NCBI GenBank assembly: GCA_040954595.2
Contig: JBECUI020000050.1
Location: 1-61,939 of the forward strand
Direction of reading: 5' to 3'
Origin: Balanoglossus misakiensis
Lineage: Eukaryota > Animalia > Hemichordata
Length of the DNA: 61,939 bases
A program made the position numbers and the translations under genes. Below are positions 21,641-35,100 of this stretch, piece by piece (positions within the stretch are counted from its first letter, which is position 1; every line of letters begins with the position of its first letter). Below the pieces are notes generated by a model, which saw nothing but the letters and a program-made list of their open reading frames with translations, ran no database searches and was not told the DNA's origin.

Positions 21641-21826
21641 ATTCTTGTTAAAGATTTGAGGAACTTGATGGTATCAGTGGATGCCTCTTGACTTTTTCTT
21701 CATAGAAAAGTAGTGATGTCATAATTAAACCATTAATATATTTTATGTACAAATAAAAACTCATATGACTATATAGTATAAACGTACGTTATTTTGCATT
21801 ATTGATCGCACTACTATTATTATTGG

Positions 21827-21860
21827 ATGAATGAATGAATGAATGAATGAATGAATGAAT
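21827..21860. repeat. (ATGA)n microsatellite
   Basis: About 8 tetranucleotide units, directly visible. Confidence 0.95.
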
Positions 21861-24800
21861 AAGGCCACACCCATAACTCCATAAATAAGATAATGAACCA
21901 TGTAAAGTATGCAGAGAGCGGGTTTAACCTCTGGAATCAAGGTACTATATATGTCAAACATGTGAATAGGTACCATTTTAGTTTTGGTTGTTTCACTACC
22001 TCATTTTTGAAGGTTGCAAGTAACATTTGTTTATTTTCGGTATTGTATGCTGGGATCGGTCAGATCTCACTTTCTTCGTCGATGCATGACAGTCACTGAA
22101 TGGTACCTGGCGCGCTCCAGGCATGTAATTCATCACTGCTCTCGGACATTCAGCGACAAATGAGAGTAATGCAAAGTTTCCAAAATAGGAGCCCCGTGCC
22201 AGTTGGCACACACTTAAGTTCTTACGAGACAAGACTTTCATGATTGTCACGTCAGGCGGACAATGATCAGACATGGATGCAACCATTTCTCACATCGTGA
22301 CGTTTGGTTGGTTTTATTGTCGTTCACCACTACGAGTCTAAACCTTGGAGTAGGATTTATAATCTGGGCGATCCTTTCGGCGTCATTTAATTACATGTAC
22401 AACGGTACTTAAATCCTGAAACGCTATTCACCTCCACGTGGAAACTGCCACTGATATATAGCCTAGGTACTGACCATGCTTGACCTCTTCAACAAACACA
22501 CTGTTCAAAATATCGCCAGTGCTGTTGACTACTTCCTCTCGTCGCCAACAAAACCAGCTGTAACCGGTCTGAAAAATACTTTTGAATGGGAAAAAGTAAA
22601 CAAGTCTGCTTTCGAATGTTTATTTGTCGATACATGTTGACAGATTTTTGTCTCTCATACATATGGGTATGTCAGAAGGTTTCAATGAGACATTAATGAG
22701 TCGTACAATCAAATTGAAATATTTAATAAAGAATTGATTTATTATTCTCAGATCGGGTAAAGTATCCATCTTACTCTAATCACAATTGTTCAAGGCATCG
22801 ATACATTGGTTTTTCGCGTTCACTTTGCCATCATGGCGTTAACTACTATCATGTACAATCAAACAAAATTGCAATATGTAACCTAGTAACGCCTGTATGT
22901 TGCCAAGTGACACTGTATGCGTCTTCAGATTTTTCATTTCCACACACATTCTGTACCGACACAGAAATGCTCCATCTAGTAGGAAACTATTTACTGCAAG
23001 CGAAAAACGGAAACAAACACATATCTTGAAAATTGTGCGAGTTGGGTATTAATTACAACATTTTACAAGAAGAAAATTACATCAAAGGGTAACCTGTTGT
23101 GCATGTCAAGACACATGTATCACACAGGTATTGTGAATAGCGCCCTCACCAGTTGCCACTCTGATAAATCTCCGTCACATCAACGCCGTTTACACATTGT
23201 CGATTGATTTTTGAATCCACATCATTGGATGCACCACTCATGGAACGGTGCTACAGTGTGACATCCATATTATTGTTCAAGAGGCATGGCAGATGGCGGC
23301 CATGTCTTTGTTTGACCCGATCAAAATTTTAATTAAAACGATTCGCACCATATGTGATGCTCATGTGCACTTTAGGAATAAGATCTTATATTGAACAGTG
23401 CACAGAACGTTAAAACAGTTTTCTGGTGTGATTCCATATAAAATACCATACATAAAAACGAGAAAACCAAAACAAGAAACTTTAGGTACAAGGCATAAAT
23501 AATATACGAAAATGAGTTAAATATTAAAGGCAACATCTATTCTAGTAAAGTGGGGGAGTTCATTTGTAAGCTAAAATGTGAATGATTCCGTACTATAAAT
23601 TGACACATTTTACGTGACAGCCATGTCGCGTGAAGTATGTCATTACTCGTTTGATTGTGTCTAAGTTGGTTCTGGTTTTGACCGTTCCAATTTTCACCCT
23701 TGAGTCATTTGATGTTGCACTTGCACTATTATTATGTTACTATGGTTACTGAGCGATAAGTTATACCCGTGGCTGTTCCTCATTGGTAGGTCATTAAATA
23801 TTGCCACTTAAACTTTAGCTACTAGAGTTACAATCCCAGTTGCAATCATTTTGTTATTACATATCTATTCAGGTATAGATACACTCGCCAAGAGAAATAT
23901 CCAATATCTTCTTGGCATTACACTTCATGAAGATATGTATTGGTAAATATGACATTGATATGTAACTAAGAAGTTTCATATCAACGCAAGATTAACGATG
24001 TAGAATTTCCTTGGGGAAAATCGCGCGAAAAGATACAGTTACAAGTACCGACACTCAATTCAATTCCACAAGAAATGAAATGATGTCACGGTTGCAAATG
24101 TATATTTACATTTAATGCGAACATGTACGCAGACGGATGCTTTTAGCGCGTAAATTTTACTGCTAGCCTATTTCTACACACAATTTTCTCAAAGGCCAAT
24201 TTGACTTGCACCCAGGACTAACGGTTAATTTAGTTTAAAATGTCAACCACCTCAGATTTTTCTGGATTCAGTTGAACATATATTGAGAGTGAACTTCAAA
24301 ATGGAAACAGTATGGTCTAAGTACAGCGAATAGGATATTACCATCCGTTATTTTCTTCTCTTTAGGAAATTGATTTCGACCGTCAGGTTAATTTGAGTCA
24401 ATTGTTGTCACAGACTCTCTTGAAATTGCGCTTGTTGGATCTGTTAATCTGCGAGTTGCTTACTCGTTCCCATGGAGACAAGTACAAACCCAAGGAGAAG
24501 CACTCCCATGGACAAGTGGTTTGATCTGGTCTGTCAACACTTTCAGCCTACAAAATGGCGTGCTTATTGAGCAATTCAGACGGCTAAAATTTTTCAAAAT
24601 GGCGGATAACTACTACTCGAACAAACAGAAGGATCATGCTTGAAGTACATCATCTATTTGGGTCAAATAACTGACATTGCGTACTAGATAATGAAAGAAA
24701 ATCAAGAAAGAGTTGGTTTAGTCCTGTGTGCTAGCTAAAACTACTTTCCGTTATAAACACCACAAGAAATGCGTCATTATTCCACGTGTGAGTGGGCTGA

Positions 24801-25491
24801 CTACCGATAATGCAATTCATTTTAATACCCAGTGATTATTTGATTCCTTTGGATGACGTGGTATGCTTTTTAAGATAACAAAAATTAAATCTAATAATAA
24901 ATTGACCCTGGGTCAGTCTGCTCGTTCCGTGCAACGGTTGAAGTAAGGATTTCCTTGGATACAAGATCGATGTTAATTTAGAGAATGATTGGTCGTAGCG
25001 TTAAAAGACATGTAAATGAGCGGCCTTCGTGATTCAACCATACGGTGCCAGTGCATGCATAAAATTGACTCCAACAGTCGGGAAAATGAAATAATTTTGC
25101 AATAACAACACAATATGCTGTTGGCTCACTACTATACTATGTGTAAGAGAGGTTTTAAGTACAAATGCCGGAACAGTACAGTGTCTTCTGTAACACCTAG
25201 AAGTGTAATGTAATACAAGTTATACAAACATATTCGTCATTAAATCTCTTTTCACGTGACAATTAACAGTCACAATCCGTGATATGTAAATGTATATTAC
25301 AATGAGAAGTCAGTGCAAAGACTCACTAATAATTAGCATACGTTTAAAATTACTTTCAAAATATACAACATAACCTACAGCCTACCAAACATATCAGACA
25401 TACATAAATTTTTCTAACAGATAAGTATAACTATATTTAACAAGTATGGTATATACTAATATAGTAAATAAATAGGTCAATCTATAGGATG

Positions 25492-25568
25492 ATCATCTTA
25501 TGCCCATGTGCCAAACCAGAGACTCTGGTTACAAACAATGTATACGGTCAATGCCATAAGGCAGTGTG
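25492..25568 (+). repeat. Dispersed repeat, copy 1 (77 bp, with internal palindrome)
   Basis: ATCATCTTATG..CATGTGCCAAACCAGAGACTCTGGTTACAAA.A.TG.ATA..GTCAATGCCATAAGGCAGTGTG matches 49592-49668 without gaps. Confidence 0.9.
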
Positions 25569-28500
25569 TTGTCCTGACAACATACAAGATGGCGCTGACC
25601 ATAGTCTGTGTTAGAGATCAGGAAAAGAAATGACAAAACTAACGTCATGAAATATTGTAGGAAGCAAAGTCAGTCCACAAAATTTCGCACGTGAGCATGA
25701 GAAGATCATCAGTCTTTAAAACTCTGCTTGCCTAAATACTACCCTAAGATTGGAAAATAACATTGGTTTGCAGACACAAATAACAAAATGTTAGTTTATC
25801 ACAAAGAAAGGAATTGTCATATTGAATAGCATAGAAACAGTCCAAGCTTCGATTATCAAAATTGTCAATGAATTTTGACCCATCCTGCAGTGAGGAACTG
25901 GTCTTTGACCTACCCTACTCCTATATTGATTTATCTAGTTCACTGGCTGATCTAACTCGTCGAAGACCTTTGGCCCCGGATAAACACACATAGAAGAAGA
26001 AACAAACGGCTAAAAATATAACTCGGCAGATCATCACTAGCTTCGTCCAGAATGTGAATCCCTCGGTTTCCCAGAGCGTGTAAGCTGTCACTACAAAAGA
26101 CAAAAAATAATGAATGAAAATGTTCTTAGATGTTATCAATGCAATGGGGGAAAGTAAAGCACACATTTCAGTAATTAATTCTGAGATTGAAATGTTTGGG
26201 ACTTTATCGCAGGGAGAACTGAAATTCTCTGTAGAAAGCTGGTGTGTAGTGTTATCCTTCTTACACTTTCATTTTCTGAAGGACGTATTACGCTAAACCC
26301 ACCATTCGTCCAGATTGTATAGAGGCTCTCCTCCTCTTTGTGATATTCATCACGAACGCAATTTATGGCGAAGGATTTGTGCTTTCGAGTGTAAGGGCAT
26401 TATACAAAAAAAAAATTCAATGCTGACGTCTCTCCTACACATTTTGTACTTGAAGTACTTCCATTATCCCGACACACACAAGTAATTTCTCATCTGATTC
26501 AAAGCAACATGATTGAATTCCGTTTCTGAAATTACTACTGTCAAGGGAAGATTAAATTTCAGTGCGCAACTCTGATTTACATGGAATGTGTTATTATTTA
26601 AAGAAAAAAAAATCAATCAATCGCTGGGCTTGCGTTAGGGTTTTGCTTGAATTTAATTTCATCTTACCTAAAATTTGAATGGAAAAGTATGCTATTTCCG
26701 CCAGTAGACACCAACGCATCACGTGTTTGCTGACAGTGTTGATAGCTCCCCACAAGACAATAGCCAGACCTGGAGAATAGAGAAAATCGCGAACGTTACA
26801 AATCATGACATACTAGTATAGGTCGTCGACTGAAATCGGGATTAAATACTCCAGGAAACATCAGCATGTGATCATTCACAAGTTGGTTTATGTCAATATC
26901 TTAAAAGCTTATAACATGATTAGTTTCAGGGAAAACATGTATTAGCAAAACAACAAACCTTTTCTATCCTTTCGAAAATAGCCTTCCTGTTTACGTTTCA
27001 AACGCGGTCTTTCATTTCTTGACACTAATGCTATTATGGATTTGCAAAAAAGTATACGTGTACCAGCCACTGATGTGACTGTCAGTCACTCTCTCCTAAT
27101 GCGTGCCTCTTCTGTTATGAAAGAACAGCTCTGTATCTCTTCAAGGAGGACGCATCACTACACCGTTTTGTAATAATGAAAACACACTTGCAAACAAATT
27201 TATCATTTGCATAGATATTTTCAATAAAAGTGACCACCAACTGATAAATGGAGTGGATGTCTGAACTATTGAATTGCATTGAACACTGACAGTTATCTCA
27301 TGGATTTCCCAGAGTCTAAATTATCACCTAAACCTTAACCTGCGTCTTGCAACAAATGGCGTCAAACAAGTTAAGAATTACATCCCTGGCCTGACAACTT
27401 GGCGCCATACACAAAAGTTGAAAAAAACCGTATAGTGTAGTATCTATCATAGATAAGAAAGAACAATTGTTCCAGCTGCAGATATAGTGTTCAATTCAAG
27501 AGAATTGATCGTTGAGTCGCACGCTAGCTATATATTAAACTTATCTCGTTGAACTGCTTGACTCCAGTACAGCATTTATGTCACCAATGCCAACAGGCAC
27601 AACTGCCAACAGCAGAACTTTCCTCTGACATTGTGACTGTGATTGTCAATGTGAATGTCATGTCCAAGATATATTTCCCTGACCAACGGAAATTAAAATA
27701 AAATGGCCTGAGAACCTTTTCTGTCTTTGCGGCGACCGACAAGCAGTTTGTAGAATGCACATTACAATTGGATCGATACTTACTCAACAAGGCTGCTCCA
27801 TAAAGTCTCCCGGGAAGAGCGTAGACATAACTTTTATCACACTCAAACGAAACGTCAAACATGTAGGCAGGAAAGAACAACGTCTGTCGAACAGCATTTA
27901 AAAGAAAATCACGCAGTTAACTGCGGTCATTAAAACAACAGTGATTAATATCTGCGAACTACAAGGCTCATATATTTTTAGATGTTGCATATATCACTTG
28001 CTTTTTCACCGCACCGCTATACACAGCGTCTGCTCTAGTCAGAGAATAGAATGAAACGTCGCAGCTTGCAACGGACACAGATTTGGCAGATGGCATCATG
28101 TTTCAATAGTTCGCAGCTGCGTCAGTTAATAAGAACATACTGATTTATCAATTTGAAGATTTTTGACGTTTACTATAGGCAGCAAGCGTTTGATTATTTT
28201 GTGAATTACAAATGCACACAGTGAATATTTGAAATTGCAAAGTGTGAACTATTAAACTCTCACAGAAAAATCTCAACTGGCCCAATTTCAACTTTAGAAT
28301 TCCTGAGTGAACATATTCATATTATAATACACAACTTAAAGGAAAAGTTGGTCTTAGATTTTATGCCAATACTACAATCTGTAACTACAGGTTTGGAGTC
28401 GAGATTGAGCTTTTCGTTTGAGTCTATTCGATAAGCTGTCGGTGATGTAAGCGTCCTTGATATAAATATAAGCCAGTTAATTCACTCGTAAAGCACTTTA

Positions 28501-29084
28501 TTTAACCCCACGCAGTTAAAAGAGCTCCAGGTCATTTTCGTGATGTGAATTCTAGATTTTAACACCCCTGTAGTCATATTGGATTACACAACATTGCATC
28601 AAAATCACACAAATGGTAGTGTACATATACCGGTATATGTGACACATGATTTGTGCTCAGAATTAATAAATAAAAAGCACTCACCAATAAGGACACTAGC
28701 GTAAACATACCGGCGGAAAGTAGAAACCATATTCTGCATAAATTAAAAGAACATAAAATTAAATTGCTTGTTTTTAATTTAATAGGCAATTGTAAAATGT
28801 GAATGTAAAAATCATTACAAGAGTTAATGTCCAATGGTAGCATTAAGAGTATGTGACATCAAATCCTCTTTAAGTACTGGACAGGTGAACTCGAGGATAT
28901 CAGCTGTTCCCTTTGCAGTGCCACAGTCTGTTGTGTACTTAACACAGATTTCCATACATTTGTTCAAACGTGAGGAAATGTGTGTGTTAACTGTGATAAT
29001 TCATCACGTTCTGGGTTGCAGGCTGAAAGAACATCGCGGTTCTGTTCTATTGAGATTTCCTGACAGCGTAACATAAATGCTTAC

Positions 29085-29143
29085 CTCAGTCCCGGGGGTA
29101 TTGTTAACATACAGTGGTCATCACTACCAAGAATTTGATGAAT
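29085..29143 (-). other. Candidate 59-bp internal exon (possibly non-coding or 5'UTR)
   Basis: Flanked on the minus strand by ttcattttgtttgtcaaattacAG and CTGAG|GTAAGC. There is no protein similarity, only splice signals. Confidence 0.25.
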
Positions 29144-32100
29144 CTGTAATTTGACAAACAAAATGAATTCGAGTGTGGATATAGTAAGTTGTTCCTAGTT
29201 CTGTCAGAACTCTGAGTTGCTTTTGATAGTTAGCAAAGATAAGTCAAGGCAACATCATCAAAATTGTGCCAGCCCTGAGTCACAGGCCACTTCTCAAGGG
29301 AGGGCATGATATAAACTGTTCACTGTAAACCCCATTACCACATGAAAGCATAAAAAAACAAATATCACCAATTCTTCGATATAAAAACTGATTCATCGGT
29401 GCTGTAGTATTATTTGAAACCTATATATGTTCACATTTATTCTTAAATAATCTGATCTTTTCGCTCCATGTTTTTAAAAACCAAGAGGCTGACCCTGTGC
29501 GACTGTCGACTTACATTTAAGATGCGATTGACTTTTCGCTCGAAGATTGCACCTGCAGAGATGCATTAGACTCAACTGGCCATTGGTTTTACACTTTCTC
29601 TGATTTATCAACTGATTATGACGACGCCCATTAAGAACAGTGGACCCCAAAGACCGGATTATCCCGGAGGGGGGAGGGATACAATATAATACAGGAAAGA
29701 ATGTTAGCATTACATCCTAATACTACCTCAGTGCCAAGCAATTTGAGACCTAGAATGACCCCATTAGTTAATGACATTTGACAATTGCTTCAGAGTGGGT
29801 TCCACTTGTTTCTAATAAATGCAATTATTTCTTACGCAAACTGGATCGTTTGTGTACAGATTGAATATTGGTTACAATTGTCACACTTAATGAATATTAC
29901 ACAATTTTCTTCCTCCAAGACCTTTGACTATGCTGTACTGATATGTACAAATTATTCCGTGCAAGAATTACCTTAAAAATAAATTCTAGCATTATGATTG
30001 ATGGTTTAGATGTACATGTACACCACATGTTTGCTCTTGCCAGTGCATAGAAGTGTTGAGTATACAGACCTCCAGTAATGAACAGTCAGTCAGCAAATGA
30101 CGCAAGCCGTATATTGAAAGGTTTCCCGGGCAACCCACATGTCCGCAAGCAAGCGATTACACCAAACGAAGCAGAGACTATGACGGACTGTTTCACTGCA
30201 GGCAAACAACCTTCCGGAAACACACAACGCAGTGATCAACGAGACATAATAGTTTGCACCGTTGCGCTGCAGAATACTATAACTTGAAGATTGCCCTTCT
30301 AATAATATTTCTCTTTCATATATTACCAATTACATGAAGCATCTAAATAAATATTTAGTTATAATTAGTGAAATGAAGAAGACAGAAGAATACATCCAAG
30401 AAGACAGCCAATTTACATTTGAAAGCGACAGCGACAGTAACTTGCTGCATGTTTTTTTCCATTTGTCGATCATCACAAGAGAGTAATGAACCTACGAAGC
30501 AATTGTACTTACAAAATACCGAACGGGAATTCAATACACGATACTATTAGTTTTCTATTAAAGGTATTATTACCATCACATCATGTCTATTCTGTGTTGC
30601 CAAGGTAACAACTGAAGCACCAATATGCGTTGACTGTTTCTTTGGAGATTTTAACAAGCATGGTTATTAAACCTTACGGTTGTCACTCAAACACTCATTG
30701 ATGGTCACCTTTGTAGAATAAAACCACAGTATAATCTGAGTAATGTTATGTCATGCTATGTTCTGTTCTGTTCTGTTATGTTACGCTTTCTTTTGCAGGC
30801 AAGGACCTTTTGATCTAGCCTGGGTCCAAGGTTTAACAAATTTCAGATTTTCAAAATATTCTAATCCTAAATCAGTATTCATGTGTTTTCAGTCAATTTA
30901 TAACTTCAAATATTTCCTACAACCGCCATGATCAAACCATGCATTTGTTTGTAACAAAGCTGCAATGTCAGAGAATACCAATTTATGTTAATGTGGATGT
31001 GTAATATAGAGCTCCTGCAGATCATCAAAATGAAGCTAATCACCATAAACTAATTATTCAGTCTTTCTATTGCACCCACGTCACTGAAATCAGACCACAT
31101 CTCTTTTCACAATTTATAACCGCAAAACATGTTTAGGGTCTTGCGTTGTAACATCAGCCCATTTCACAGTCTTTGTGAAAGCTCTTAATGCATACAAAAC
31201 TGCTTTAAATATGTTGTAAACCGATGACATATCCAACAGCTGTGTTTTTGATTATTCTTTCTAAATTCGCATAACTGAAACACTGGTTCTTGACCTGAGA
31301 ACTGTCTCTTCGTATAACATGTAACTGTTTGTGTGTCTCAAATATCAAATAACTGTCATCTGCCCTTCTATTACTTCATTCAGAATATTATTACAAATAC
31401 CAGTTTGTATAAAATGTTACGTTATTCTGTCTAGCAGCAAAGTTCCAACTCGATCGTTATTTATAGTCTGTGTGTGTTTCTCACCAAATGTTCAATATAT
31501 TTGAGGGCGGTTACTTTTATGAGTGCTCGTGGTTGCGGTACACTATTATCTTGATAATCGTATTTACATTTAGATGTTTAACACCATGTGCAGACGGCCG
31601 CATGTTTATAACAAAGTGACCCTTTCCCCTAGTAGCATATACGCCCTTTCGGAATATGAACTCATATTCTTTGAGGAATCTATATTCAATTGACCTTTGG
31701 TCCTTTTCTGCACCTAGTTAATGTTCGTGTCAATGCTGAAAATTGATGATTGATTGAACAAGCTGTGAATTGTATATCTGTGATGGCGACACACACAGAT
31801 TATGTTCACATGGTGTTTCTTTCTTGAAGCAATGTACGGTAAGCATGAATGGTGTTATTGATCACTGTGGAAAACCTGCATGTTAGACATCCTGCCATAT
31901 TTTGCTCAGGCAACATTAGATTATTCTCTCTTAAAATTGAGAATAAAAAATGGGGGTCATCACACAAAATTTTGAATGAGAGACCATTTGTTTCAAATTG
32001 TATCAAATTGGAAGTTCAAAATGGCTGCCAGGCTCTGTGTTAAGTTTACAGAGAAAATTTAAAGTAGTGCATTCAATGAAAGAAGACAGTAAACACCCTG

Positions 32101-35100
32101 TTTTATTCTTTGCTTTCAAGAAAGACTCCCCATCTGCTTTAATATAGAGCAAAGAATTGAAAGGTTTGGAGGACTATTATTTTTTTCTAAACATCTGTCC
32201 TCGAGGCTTAACTCATGAAGAAAAGATTATTCAGATGTCCATACAAATAACACACTTTATGTGTTACAATAAAATGTGTTGGCTGGCACGTCATCCATCG
32301 TTTGGCCTCATGGAGGAAAACAGAAATGTGTTTTCCTGTTGAGTTCAAACATTATGACATATAAAACTGTGAAAGTCACTTCCCCTAAGTGAAGGAAGTC
32401 TAGTAAAAGATGAAGAAGAATTTCTTCAAGGAGAATGAAATAATCGTACCTTCGAGAGAGGAACTGAGCCATCTTCACTTTCTCCCACGCCAAGTAATTT
32501 CCTAGTTTTCAGTCGACTTTGCAAATCGCCACTACTCTGCTTCCTGTGAGAAGATAAAGATGTGTCAGATCCAATTAATGAAATGGCTTGTGACATTTGT
32601 ACAACGAGGAATTTGTTTAGAATAAAAGTTGGTAATCTTACAGGGCCAATTCATGTATCTTTTGATAATGTTTTCATTATATTGTGCTTTGCCAATTCCC
32701 CAAATCATGTTTACAATCATCTTGTCAACTGAGCCAAAATTAAGAATGAATAAATAAGTAAGTAAATAAATAATAAATGAAATAAATAGACAGACTAGGT
32801 TTACATCAGGAATTCTGTTTTCAAAGAAGGTCAATTGCAATAAAAGACGAATATTTAAATTAGGTCGCGCGAAAGCATCAATGTAAGTGGTTCATTTGCG
32901 TTTGTAGTAAACACGGAATTAGAGATTACTGAAGGATGTACATGCTATTGCAATCGTGTTATACACAGTGATTGTATCACAATGTTTTTATATGTACCAG
33001 TACATAGAGTCACCATGTAATGTTATCTGCTAAAATCAGGAAACGTGAGATTTTACACGCAATAAGGAGTAATTGTGCGGTAAATACTCGAACAATTGAA
33101 CAATCAGCGACATATGCACATAGGATGCGACGGAAACCTTCGCTTTTGAGAAAAATGACTTAAACAAAAGCCTTCATCATTAGTGTATAAACGGACAGAT
33201 TGTTCTTTAACTAGACATGCAATGGCATGGAGATAACAGTTAAATACAGAATACATAAAGTCCTGCCAGCATCTCACTGTAGTAATTATGTCAGAGTCAC
33301 AATACAAATACCCAAAACCGTGATCCATGGTTTGCCTTTCTTGCCGAGAAAACACCAGCTGGAACGAAAAACGTTCTCTTGTGTCGTCACCTTCGTCAAC
33401 AGAGATATTAAAAACTCGTTTGACAAGTATACACTTCTCGCGGCAAATGGCATCTTAAACATCTCCCAACCCAGCGTGCAGCTGAGAAGAAACCCAATCT
33501 GCCATGAAGTGTACAGCAAAGATAAATTATCCACATCAAATTTGATACATTAACTCTCGTCTCTTCTTTTTCTACAACATCCAAACAGCTTATTCGTAAA
33601 ACATCTTTCTAAAAGATGTTCAAGGTTAAAAGCGACACGGCGCAAAACATTGATGACTTATACAGGGCACAGCTTATACGTACGTGGTGAAGAAAAACAT
33701 GGCCTGGTTAGTGCTGAGTTATATCTCCATGACAACGCAAAAAGCCAATGAGCAATGACAGTACACGAAACAGTAATGGAAACGGTTACGGTGTCTTCAC
33801 AGTGTCATGATATCTGCACAAGTAGAAAGCGACGTGATGTACCTCAATCAGCCAGCGGGAATGTCTTGTGGGAGCGTGCGTTGGTTTCTACTGTGGCAAC
33901 GCTTGTGAATGCTAAAGGCACGTGACAGAGTTCCGTCGTTTCTTTAATAATATTACAATGCCTTTTCACCGGGTTTCATTGGTTTAGGCGCTGCGTGCTC
34001 CTTTTTAATGAGACAAACGAGGCACAGATAACGTCGTAATCACGCAACTTAATTCTATTCTTAAAAACAACTGGCGAGGACATTAAATCCTATAAAATCA
34101 ATGCTTTGTCAGGAAACGAGCCGCGACCAACACTTCCTTTATCGGCTAGGCAGTTCCAGTTGTTGTCGCTTCGAGTTGTTCACCCAATGTGACCTCCATA
34201 TTAAGAGATTATGGTATCGAATCAATACGATTTAACTTCTTCAAGCAAAATTAACCCATTTTACCCAATTTATTTTCATTTTCTATCACTGAAACTACTA
34301 ATTCTTTCTGAACTACCCAGAAATTCATATATGTATATTCACATTTATAAGCTTAAATTCTGTAAAATGCTTTAATCACACAAAGCCTCGTTTCATTTTA
34401 TTTTGTGAAGAGCACCATCTGGAAAATATCTGCCTCTTAATTTTATGGTTCAACTGACAGAAAATGAACCGTTACACTGAGAGAATGTTCCATGTATATT
34501 ATTAAACACAAATTGAACAATGGGTAACGGAGGACAGTACCAGCTAACTCTCACAGCACTTTCACTAACAATTCCTGAATACGTCGCAATTCAGTAGAGA
34601 TCAATGTAATACAACACCGCTGTACATCCAACTCTCACTGACCTTCCTTCACGTGGATGTGACCTGTGATCAATATCATGTTAATATTAACTGTGAATTT
34701 AGATTACACAAAAATTTGAATCCCGAAAAAACACAATCTGAAAGGACATTAGTGGTATCTTGGTATGATGTGGTATTGGCGTTTACGAAAACAGATCATT
34801 ACAAATAATTAGGAAAGTTGATTTACTAGAGTGGCTATGTGTTAATACTTTATACGACAGAATAATAGATTGTAACGCTTCCATAACAAAAAAGTGACAT
34901 GCGCATGTTACTGCGTGTTGCTAGGTAACAGAAATTCCATCGCAACACCACTCTATATGTGGGAGCACTGACCATTAAGCATGGTGGCGCTGTACAACAA
35001 TAAACACATGTGAAGGTGAAATGTTCTTACTCTGTCAAATATCCTGTTGCAAGATTTCAAATAAATCTCAAGCTTATTTACACTACATACTAATATATTG

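Noticed and set aside
31870-32215. MITE-like segment (similar impressions at ~10180-10760, ~23280-23400, ~28150-28300 and ~53120-53430)
   Set aside because: The composition suggests old non-autonomous transposons, but I could not identify matching terminal inverted repeats or target-site duplications. A repeat-library search is needed.
33104-33553. Three overlapping 82-108-aa ORFs as a small gene
   Set aside because: No recognisable domain and no convincing splice structure.
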